DNA of 64,000 nt, from contig JAZQGH010000121.1 of assembly GCA_045539925.1 (NCBI GenBank), forward strand, positions 8,572 through 72,571, in the 5' to 3' direction. Of this stretch, positions 28,314-35,941 are shown piece after piece. Source of the DNA: Acutalibacteraceae bacterium (lineage in GTDB: Bacteria > Bacillota > Clostridia > Oscillospirales > Acutalibacteraceae). Each line of letters opens with the position of its first letter. The stretch's first letter is position 1. Below the pieces are notes generated by a model. The model was not told where the DNA came from and did no database searches. It saw only the letters and a list, made by a program, of their open reading frames with translations. Made by a program: the position numbers and the translations under genes.

Positions 28314-30032
28314 TCAATTCGGCTCAATCTTAGCAAAATTTGTATATTGTGCTAAAGTTTCGTCGCTTTGACTGAATTCAAATTGTGCAAAAATTGGTGC
28401 TGAACCAAGATTAAAGGATGCATTGGCATATTCGTTTACCGTCAGATAAGCATAGTTGCTTCCTATCTGCTTGCCGTTTGCCCAGATGTTATTCAGCAGT
28501 ACGTTGCTTACGTAATGGAGCGATGCACCGTATCCGCTTCTCATATCTCTGCATCCAACAATTTTAATCGGTAAAATAATATTTCCCGAACGCACCGTAA
28601 CGTTGCTGATTGTAACCGTATCTATGCTTCCGAGAGCAGTCTTTTTATGCGAGTCAGACCAGGTTGAGCTATATGCCACCGATATCTCTATCAATTGATT
28701 ATTCGCACCTGCGTCACCCCTGCCCATTGATGCATCCTCAACGGTTATTCTATTATATGTAACATTCTTGATATTTGCATTGTTGCCGTTATGTATGCTG
28801 ATTACAGGCTTATGGAAATTATGTAAAACGGTTATGTCCTCAAACGTGATATTTTCCATCACCTGACCGACGGTCTCATAGCCGATTTCCATGCTTTGTG
28901 CCAAGTCTGTCCAAATAGTACAGTTTCTAAAGGTAATGTCCCTCGTTGTGCCCTCGATATCCCTATTTGACCATTGCGGATAGTTTTTTACCACCAAGGA
29001 ATCGTCCCAGCTTCTCACAAAGCAATCGCTGACGTCAATTCTTTGGCAGGACTGCAAGGATATTCCATCTCCGTTTGAACGGGAGGAAATAATCTTTATA
29101 TTCTCAATTTGGCTGTCGGTGCAAAAATACCAGTTTACACACCAGCCTGCAGGGTCGTGAACGGAAAAGTCCTTGAAGGTGACGTTTGAGCAATAATTGA
29201 AATCAAGCGGAACGGTTACCTGCCCCGTTGTTGCATTTCTGATAAAGGCAGAGCCATCGATTATGCCAGTACCGCAAATTGTAATGTTGCTTGCATTGTT
29301 GGCAACAAATCTAGCACGAACAACCGCACCGTCCTCCAGAATGACGGTTGTATTAGAGGAAAGAGTTACAGTATTATTCTTTATGTTAGGATTGTTTGCA
29401 CCTGTATGTAAGCCCTTTTCAAAACGGATAACCTTGTTATTTTCCTCTTCAATATCCTTATCGGCATAATCCGACACGAACAGGAAAATAGCCCTTGTCG
29501 GGTCTCCGTCCGGCTCAATCGAGTAATTTCCACTGCTTGAAAGCGTGAATCTGGCCACACCGTTTTCAACCGTTGCCTCAACGTTGGCAGAAAGCGGGCG
29601 AACAACGCAGCTTGACATCCCATCGCATCTTAGCAAAACGTTTACCTTTCCCTCAAGGAAGAAATATCCCACACCGACCGTATCTCTGTCGCTCACGTTT
29701 CCCTTCCAATACTGGGAGTTGTTTACATACACGCTGTATAACGGCAATTGTGATTCCTCAAGATAGAGTGCACATTTATTGTAAAGCGGAACCGAGGGCG
29801 GAATCGTATAAGAAGCCTTGCTTTGCAGAAGACTTGGCTCATCGGAGTCGTCGGGAGCTTCAGGCTCATCGGAGTCGTCAGGAACGCCGGGATCATCATC
29901 CGGAGTGGACGGATCGCCATCCTGTACAGGCGGATTGCCTTCATCATCGGGCTCATCCGGTATATTATGCCACGAGCAGGAATTGAGCAGAAGGACAAGC
30001 ACTAAAATCAATATATAATAAGCTTTTTTCAT
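28314..30032 (-). CDS. lipoprotein, beta-helix glycosidase-like paralog (572 aa)
   Basis: Lipobox LLNSC. Acidic Pro-rich linker. Core nearly collinear with the upstream gene (SRSNGDGISLQSCQRIDVSDCFVRSWDDSLVVKN). Confidence 0.7.
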   Translation of the reverse strand: MKKAYYILILVLVLLLNSCSWHNIPDEPDDEGNPPVQDGDPSTPDDDPGVPDDSDEPEAPDDSDEPSLLQSKASYTIPPSVPLYNKCALYLEESQLPLYSVYVNNSQYWKGNVSDRDTVGVGYFFLEGKVNVLLRCDGMSSCVVRPLSANVEATVENGVARFTLSSSGNYSIEPDGDPTRAIFLFVSDYADKDIEEENNKVIRFEKGLHTGANNPNIKNNTVTLSSNTTVILEDGAVVRARFVANNASNITICGTGIIDGSAFIRNATTGQVTVPLDFNYCSNVTFKDFSVHDPAGWCVNWYFCTDSQIENIKIISSRSNGDGISLQSCQRIDVSDCFVRSWDDSLVVKNYPQWSNRDIEGTTRDITFRNCTIWTDLAQSMEIGYETVGQVMENITFEDITVLHNFHKPVISIHNGNNANIKNVTYNRITVEDASMGRGDAGANNQLIEISVAYSSTWSDSHKKTALGSIDTVTISNVTVRSGNIILPIKIVGCRDMRSGYGASLHYVSNVLLNNIWANGKQIGSNYAYLTVNEYANASFNLGSAPIFAQFEFSQSDETLAQYTNFAKIEPN

Positions 30033-30184
30033 ATTTCCCCACCTTAGTTTTTTATTCTATTCTAACCTTTTTATATCTACTTTTCAATGGGCGAAAATTG
30101 CAAAATTGTTGACAATAGCACTTTTTTTGAGCCGTCTTATATAATAACTAAGGAAGCTCTCTGTATATGCAGGATGTCTGCTTT

Positions 30185-31393
30185 TTATTCTGAGGCTTTG
30201 AAATTGTAGATGGGCTTTATGTGGTGGAGGATCTCTGCGGTGGGGGCGATGTTATGGATTATTTCGTCCATGCTCTTATAGGCCATAGGCGACTCGTCGA
30301 GAGTGTCGGGTGTGACGCTGGTAGAGTAGATGCCTGCCATCTCGCGCTCGTAATCCGCCATGGTAAGGCGCTCAAAGGCGACGGAACGGGACATAAGACG
30401 TCCTGCGCCGTGAGGCGCGGAGAAATTCCAATCCTCGTTTCCCTTACCGATGCAGATAAGCGAGCCATCACGCATGTTGATGGGAATGAGAAGCTTCTCG
30501 CCCGCCTTGGCTGAGACCGAGCCCTTTCGAAGTATCATATCCGAGACGTCAATATAATTATGTATCGTCTGGAAGGACTCTATTGCGGTCCAGCCGCATC
30601 TGTCAAGGATGATCTCTGCCATTTTTGCGCGGTTTCTCACAGCAAATTTCTGACAGATATCCACGTCGTGAAGATAATCCTCCATAAAGGATCCGTGAAG
30701 GTAGCAAAGCTCCTTAGGTAAGGAGGGCTCCTTCGCTTGCCATTCCTTAGCAACCTGCTTCAGGGCATCCTGAATCTCCGAGCGTCTGCCCTCGGCTTTA
30801 TAGGTAGAGATGATCTCATTCCTCTTTTTAAAGTACTCCTCCTTGCCGATATCAAGATCGGCGGCAAGCTGCTGATAATAGTTTGCCACCTGGGTGCCAA
30901 GATTACGGCTGCCCGAGTGGATTATAAGATACTTTCCTCCCTCATCGTCAACGTCCACCTCGATAAAATGGTTGCCGCCACCGAGGGTACCGAGAGATCT
31001 CTCAAGCCTTCTGGAGTCCTGAAGATTTCTGTAACAGCGAATCGCGGTAAGATCAAATCTCTCCTGTCTGCCCTCCCAGACATCTCTGCCGGAGGGAATA
31101 AAGTGTGCCGCCTCATCAAGCTTCTCAAAATCTATATCTATCTTGCCAAGGTAAACGGTATACATACCGCAGCCTATATCCACGCCCACCATAGCGGGAG
31201 CGACTCTATCCGATACGGTCATGGTTGTGCCTATGGTACAGCCCTTGCCCGCGTGTACGTCGGGCATTATTCTTATCTTGGAGCCTGCATAGGCTTCGGT
31301 GTCACACACCGCCATTATCTGCTCGGCGGCTCCATCCTCAAGCGTAGTCGCAAACACGCGCGCAGTGTTAAATTTTCCTTTAATTTCTATCAT
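30185..31393 (-). CDS. rtcB: RtcB-family RNA 3'-phosphate/5'-OH ligase
   Basis: Motifs PDVHAGKG, DIGCGM, GGGNHFIE, HSGSRNLG, APHGAGR. Start at MIEIKGKF with an AAAGG RBS. Confidence 0.85.
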   Translation of the reverse strand: MIEIKGKFNTARVFATTLEDGAAEQIMAVCDTEAYAGSKIRIMPDVHAGKGCTIGTTMTVSDRVAPAMVGVDIGCGMYTVYLGKIDIDFEKLDEAAHFIPSGRDVWEGRQERFDLTAIRCYRNLQDSRRLERSLGTLGGGNHFIEVDVDDEGGKYLIIHSGSRNLGTQVANYYQQLAADLDIGKEEYFKKRNEIISTYKAEGRRSEIQDALKQVAKEWQAKEPSLPKELCYLHGSFMEDYLHDVDICQKFAVRNRAKMAEIILDRCGWTAIESFQTIHNYIDVSDMILRKGSVSAKAGEKLLIPINMRDGSLICIGKGNEDWNFSAPHGAGRLMSRSVAFERLTMADYEREMAGIYSTSVTPDTLDESPMAYKSMDEIIHNIAPTAEILHHIKPIYNFKASE

Positions 31394-31450
31394 AATGTAA
31401 ACCTTTCTTGTCATTTAGTCGGATTTGGCATACCCGACCTTGGTTTACGG

Positions 31451-32551
31451 TCAGGTATTGCCCTTGATAATTCCTGTAAGCTGAGATAGAATATCTCCAC
31501 CGCCGGCAATGCTGATGTTGCCAACGTTCTCAAAGATTCTCTCAACGTACTCAAGCTCCTTAAGCTTATAGAGGGTCTGGTTTTCGTCCATCAGCTTTGC
31601 AGTGTTAAGTAGCGATCTGGTGGATGCAACCTCCTCGCGGCGGGTGATAACGTTTGCCTGAGCACGCTTTTCGGCAATGAGAACGGTATTCATAATATCA
31701 CGAACCTCGCCGGGGAGGATAATATCCTTTACTCCCGCGTCGACGATCTCGATAAAGAGCTCTTTTTCCTTTGCCTTGAGTCTTTCCAGCATAAATTCGG
31801 TCATACGCTCCTTGTTTTCAAGGATCTCATCTAGCTTGTATTTACCAACGTATTCGCGGAGAGCAAGCTGTGCCGCAACGTGCATCTGCTCCTCGAAGTT
31901 ATCGATCTCGGTAAGGATCTTAACGTAATCGGTAATTCGGTAGTTGCAAACGAAGTTGATGCGAAGCGAAACCTTATCGGCGGTAAGGATCTCCTGGCCG
32001 GTAATATTCATCTGAGTGAGACGGGTATCCACATAGCTTACCTCGACCTTTACAGGTGTTCTCCAGAAATAATAGGTGCCTGCGCCGAGAATACGCTCAA
32101 GCTTCTGATTGAAGTATACTCTGGCCTTCTGATACTCGGCAACCTCAACCTTGATATACCAGAGCTGAGGGATCTTCGAGAATACGTATTCGGGAACAGA
32201 CTCATCAACGTCGGGAGTAGAGATATCAACGATCCTGAACTCGTGGCTGTCCACCACAGACCAGAAGGCATATTTACCGTAAGGAAGGACCGAGGACAGC
32301 TTGCCGTTTACGTAATGAAGAGCAAGCTCCTGATCACCCACCTCGACTACCGCAACATTCTCTGCCACCTTTTCGTCTTTAAGCAGCGTTTCAAGAGAGC
32401 ATTTTGCCGAGATGATGGGTCGATCGAGGGCAGAAGCCTCGATTTCTCTGCCGCCGTAGAGGTAGTATTTGCCCGCATCGAGCATTCTGATATATTTTCC
32501 ATTTTTGAAAAGAAAGCCTCTTTGGTTTTCATTGATAATGATCTTTTTCAT
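31451..32551 (-). CDS. SPFH/Band-7 domain protein without N-terminal TM, with an N-terminal SPFH-like half-repeat
   Basis: C-terminal region matches stomatin/prohibitin family (FVCNYRITD...AAQLALREYVGKYKLDEILENKER...VKDIILPGEVRDIMNTVLIAEKRAQANVI). N-terminal ~170 aa repeats the start of the fold. Start MKKIIINE with an AAAGGA RBS. Confidence 0.65.
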   Translation of the reverse strand: MKKIIINENQRGFLFKNGKYIRMLDAGKYYLYGGREIEASALDRPIISAKCSLETLLKDEKVAENVAVVEVGDQELALHYVNGKLSSVLPYGKYAFWSVVDSHEFRIVDISTPDVDESVPEYVFSKIPQLWYIKVEVAEYQKARVYFNQKLERILGAGTYYFWRTPVKVEVSYVDTRLTQMNITGQEILTADKVSLRINFVCNYRITDYVKILTEIDNFEEQMHVAAQLALREYVGKYKLDEILENKERMTEFMLERLKAKEKELFIEIVDAGVKDIILPGEVRDIMNTVLIAEKRAQANVITRREEVASTRSLLNTAKLMDENQTLYKLKELEYVERIFENVGNISIAGGGDILSQLTGIIKGNT

Positions 32552-32568
32552 AATATGTATTCCTTTTC

Positions 32569-33186
32569 TCAATAATTAATCGATTTTTGTCCTGTTTTGT
32601 TGTATCCGAAGCACTCGTGGTAGAGCTTTTTGCCCACGTAATCCTTATATCGGTAGCAGTCATATCGGTAAAACTCGTTCCAATAGCTGATCATCCTGGA
32701 GTGGCCGAGCTTGAAATAATCAAGATTAAGTGCGCAGAGAGCTTTATATTTTTCATTATTTTTCCCTTGAAGCTCGCGATAAACAACCTCAAGGATCTCT
32801 TTTACATATTCATCGCAAATTTTAATAACATACGGTATCGCATAATCAGGCAGATCCAAGCCCAGCATAGCTTCTATATGCTTTTGGCGAATATATCCGT
32901 CATAGCTTCTCGAAAAGATGCAATGATATATCAGCCTTTGACCTTCGGTCAATTTATCGGCTGAGACAGATACGTCATCAACGTATATACGATAAGGGAT
33001 CTTTATGCTTTGACCCGACGGAAGCCGCCATTTGGTACTTTTGTCGCTGATCAGCGCACCGCCGAATGCGAGACCTCTTGTTGACATAGCCTTAACAACC
33101 GTCTCCACGTCTGAGGCAAGCTCACACGGAAACGCAGGCAGAAGCGATCGGAGCAGCATATTTCTTTTTGTCCTGAAGAAAAGCAT
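32569..33186 (-). CDS. hypothetical protein (205 aa, Tyr/Cys-rich C-terminus), first gene of the operon ending in rtcB
   Basis: ORF with an AGGAGGG RBS 6 nt upstream of ATG. No recognisable motif. Confidence 0.5.
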   Translation of the reverse strand: MLFFRTKRNMLLRSLLPAFPCELASDVETVVKAMSTRGLAFGGALISDKSTKWRLPSGQSIKIPYRIYVDDVSVSADKLTEGQRLIYHCIFSRSYDGYIRQKHIEAMLGLDLPDYAIPYVIKICDEYVKEILEVVYRELQGKNNEKYKALCALNLDYFKLGHSRMISYWNEFYRYDCYRYKDYVGKKLYHECFGYNKTGQKSINY

Positions 33187-33473
33187 TCTATCCCTCCTTT
33201 TTATTGTTTTTGATCATTCATACAAAAGCAGCGGCTGAGGGCTTAAGTGCTCCCGTCTCGGTGCGGAAGGCTAAGCTCTGGCAAGGATAAGAGATACACG
33301 GTATCTGCACTCAGGCAGGGCTGCTTTTGTATTGCCGAGGCATAGGGATCTCTCCCCCTGCTCGGCCGAATGACGTGTATGAATATAACGTTCCCGCACG
33401 TGGGATCTCTCCTCACGTACCGTTATAAGCGCCTCAATGAAACAAATCCAAAACCTCCTGGCGATACGCTTTT

Positions 33474-33562
33474 TGCGCACGGTGGGATTCGAACCCACGA
33501 AAAAAATCGGCTGTGAACCGCTGCATGTCAGGCAGAAGCAAGCAACCTCCTTTGGCATACGC
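33474..33562 (-). other. tRNA-like 3' fragment (canonical T-arm GTGGG-TTCGAAT-CCCAC plus 7-nt acceptor 3' strand) lacking a foldable D-arm; pseudo-tRNA or att remnant
   Basis: Minus-strand sequence CGTGGGTTCGAATCCCACCGTGCGCA. An anticodon-like hairpin (CTGC-ctgacat-GCAG) lies upstream. A 7-T run sits where the variable loop would be. No D-stem pairing. Flanked by imperfect direct repeats GCGTATGCCAAAGGAGGTT and GCGTATCGCCAGGAGGTT. Confidence 0.3.
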
Positions 33563-33649
33563 TACGGAATATCCCCGCGCACCTCGGTGAAAAATACACT
33601 CGTCGAAAGCCCCTTGCAAATTCATTCTATCATCCTTTATATGCGTTTT

Positions 33650-33690
33650 CACGGAAAAAAAGCTGCGAACTCTTATCTGAGTCCGCAGTT
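33650..33690 (-). terminator. rho-independent terminator overlapping the stop of the WYL gene
   Basis: Minus-strand hairpin CTGCGGACTC-agataa-GAGTTCGCAG (one mismatch) followed by CTTTTTTTTCC. Confidence 0.5.
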
Positions 33691-34584
33691 TTTCTGTTTT
33701 TTTAGCTTTTTGATGACTAAATTCCTGAAATCCTCGGACTCCATCACCTCTACAAGAGGACCGAAGGAAAGGATCCTTATTACCATTTCAGGCTCGTCAT
33801 CGTGAGCATATTTAATTTTTATAAGATAATGCTTACGGTCAAGCTTCTCTGCCCTCTTTTCAAAATGGGCAAAATGAAGCATAAAACGCTCCAACGCGTT
33901 TCTCTCATCGGTAAGACGTACAGTCACCGTATCATACTTGACGTCGCGCTCGTGACCTGCAAGCTGCTTCTCACCATTGTAGTGATTGCAGTTTATGATC
34001 TTCGAAAGGTTGACCGTTCCGATTGAACGTCTGCCTGCCGTAACAAGCCTGAATTTATCATCCTTTTCGGAATACTCAAGCCTTACGGGATAGCATCTTA
34101 TATAGATCGGATTACCATTTCGGCTGATCATCTCAAAACGGATCTGCGTGTGATTTCGAATAGCCTCAAGAATCACTCTGAACTGTCTTATATATTCCTC
34201 GTCCTCATACGGATCGCCGTCGGAATATTTGTCGTAAACATAATAGTCCTCGGAGGTGAAAAGAGGCTCTACACCGTCAAGGTCGGGAAGCTCCACACCG
34301 AAAAGCCTGATTCTCGGATCGAGAGAAACGGCCTTCAGCCATCGCCTTTGCAGATTGGTGAGCGGCATTGTAGGCTTGTGCAGAAGGGGGGTGGTCATAT
34401 CGGGGCGAACAAGCTGCCACCTCTCGCTCTTAAGCGAGGGAATAACGGTAAGAGCGCTCTCCTCAAAGGCCTTTTCAGTGACTATTCTTTTAAGCTCCTT
34501 CTCCGAGCGCTCGCCGTCACAGATCCTCGACAGGATCGCGGCTACGGTGTTATAGTATGCTGAGTAAAGCTCGGAAAATATCAT
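33673..34584 (-). CDS. WYL-WCX domain transcriptional regulator (303 aa)
   Basis: N-terminal HTH-like segment. WYL beta-barrel region (NGNPIYIRCYPVRLEYSEKDDKFRLVTAG...NLSKI). C-terminal WCX-like MVIRILSFGPLVEVMESEDFR. ATGA overlap with the upstream WYL gene. Confidence 0.65.
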   Translation of the reverse strand: MIFSELYSAYYNTVAAILSRICDGERSEKELKRIVTEKAFEESALTVIPSLKSERWQLVRPDMTTPLLHKPTMPLTNLQRRWLKAVSLDPRIRLFGVELPDLDGVEPLFTSEDYYVYDKYSDGDPYEDEEYIRQFRVILEAIRNHTQIRFEMISRNGNPIYIRCYPVRLEYSEKDDKFRLVTAGRRSIGTVNLSKIINCNHYNGEKQLAGHERDVKYDTVTVRLTDERNALERFMLHFAHFEKRAEKLDRKHYLIKIKYAHDDEPEMVIRILSFGPLVEVMESEDFRNLVIKKLKKQKNCGLR

Positions 34585-35837
34585 TCCTCCACCTCCTCTA
34601 TACCGTACATTTTATACATCGCACGAAGATCGTCCTTAAATCTGTTTTCAATAGTACGGTTTGAAAAATTCATCTGCACAATACGGCAAATAAAGGTACG
34701 TATCCAGGGAATCATCTCGCTTGTGTCATAAACGTCAGCGACGAAGCGGTAGGTGTTATCGTCAATTTTCTCTACCCTGCCGACTCGCTTTTCTCTCTCA
34801 AGGCGGCGCACAATATATTCCTCTCCCTCGCCGACCCTTACAGTAAACTCCACGTGCTCCAGGTGATCGTGCCCCCATTTGCTGTGCTTTACGTTAACGC
34901 CCCACATCTTATCCTGCATTCGGTCAAGCTCCGCGCGAAGCTCGTCAAATCGAGGAGTCACCTCCTCAAGCCTTGCGTGCGAAAGATAGTCAAGGCGGTA
35001 TGCGTGAAAGGAGTTGAATTCGGGAATATAGGCGATAAGGTTCTGCCTGCCGTTCTGAACGCTTATGAGAATACGAAGAGGTATCAGGCGACAACGCCTC
35101 GGCATATCCTTTCTCTTCGCAAGATTGGATACGGTAACAGCCCGCTTTTCTCTCATAGCGGTGAAAAGCGTTGCCATAATGCCGCTGTCTATAGCACCTG
35201 TTATGTAGTGATGCTTGAAGGTAAAGTGATCCTCGTGATGCTCGCTCTTATCCAGAATGAAGGAGCCTATTACTCCGCAGGGCGCAACCTCCGAATAGTA
35301 ATGCAGAAGATCGTTAAGCTCGGAAACATCAACATCACGGGCTCTTCGATAGTATACCCTACGTCCCTCGCGCTCGGTAATGATAATACCCTCATCGGCG
35401 TATTCCTTAAGCTTTTTACGTACCGTAGACTCGTCAAACATCATCGGTGTCTTAAAGCCTGAGAGATATTTTTCGTCTACGTCCTCCATTATCTCCGACA
35501 AGGTGCGTCTGACGGTGGGATCGTGAAGAATATCGAAGATAATGAAATGAAGAGTAATGTCTCCGTCGGTAAAGCTCTTGGCCTTCCAGGCGTTATAAAG
35601 AGGGGTGTGGCTGATGCTTCTGCTATCGATGGAGATAAATACGTTCTTGCCCTCGGGAGTACGGACAAAGCTCATATGCGAGCCAAGCCAGCTGGCAATA
35701 CGGCGGCGCTCGTCATCGTAGGAGCGCGCACTTTTCCTACTGTAATCCTCGCGACTCTTGAAGCCGTAGACATAGAATTCACGCATATACGCGCGAATTC
35801 GCTCAAAGCTTTTAATAAGCTCGCTGTATGATGACAT
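34581..35837 (-). CDS. WYL-WCX domain transcriptional regulator (418 aa), tandem partner (PafB/PafC-like arrangement)
   Basis: wHTH N-terminus (YSELIKSFERIRAYMREFYVYGFKSREDY). WYL core CRLIPLRILISVQNGRQNLIAYIPEFNSFHAYRLDY. C-terminal WCX-like region. Start reassigned to MSSYSELIK with an AGAAAGGAG RBS. Confidence 0.65.
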   Translation of the reverse strand: MSSYSELIKSFERIRAYMREFYVYGFKSREDYSRKSARSYDDERRRIASWLGSHMSFVRTPEGKNVFISIDSRSISHTPLYNAWKAKSFTDGDITLHFIIFDILHDPTVRRTLSEIMEDVDEKYLSGFKTPMMFDESTVRKKLKEYADEGIIITEREGRRVYYRRARDVDVSELNDLLHYYSEVAPCGVIGSFILDKSEHHEDHFTFKHHYITGAIDSGIMATLFTAMREKRAVTVSNLAKRKDMPRRCRLIPLRILISVQNGRQNLIAYIPEFNSFHAYRLDYLSHARLEEVTPRFDELRAELDRMQDKMWGVNVKHSKWGHDHLEHVEFTVRVGEGEEYIVRRLEREKRVGRVEKIDDNTYRFVADVYDTSEMIPWIRTFICRIVQMNFSNRTIENRFKDDLRAMYKMYGIEEVEE

Positions 35838-35941
35838 ATTGCGCTCCTTTCTACCGTTATCCCAAGGGGAAAGGCGTGTTGTTTTTTGTGTTTTTGACAA
35901 CTATAGTTGTCATATTTGTCTTTTCAAGCCAAAACACGCGC

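Noticed and set aside
33474-33562. Possibility that the tRNA-like element is an intact type-II or selenocysteine tRNA
   Set aside because: No D-stem can be formed. A 7-T run sits where the variable arm should be. The acceptor needs two G-U pairs. No CCA or matching 5' strand. Kept only as a tRNA-like fragment.
33271-33805. Three overlapping small ORFs (33271..33558, 33434..33652, 33437..33805) in the spacer
   Set aside because: They overlap the tRNA-like element and terminator hairpin. They lack RBSs and encode Arg/Cys-rich peptides. The region is more plausibly non-coding.
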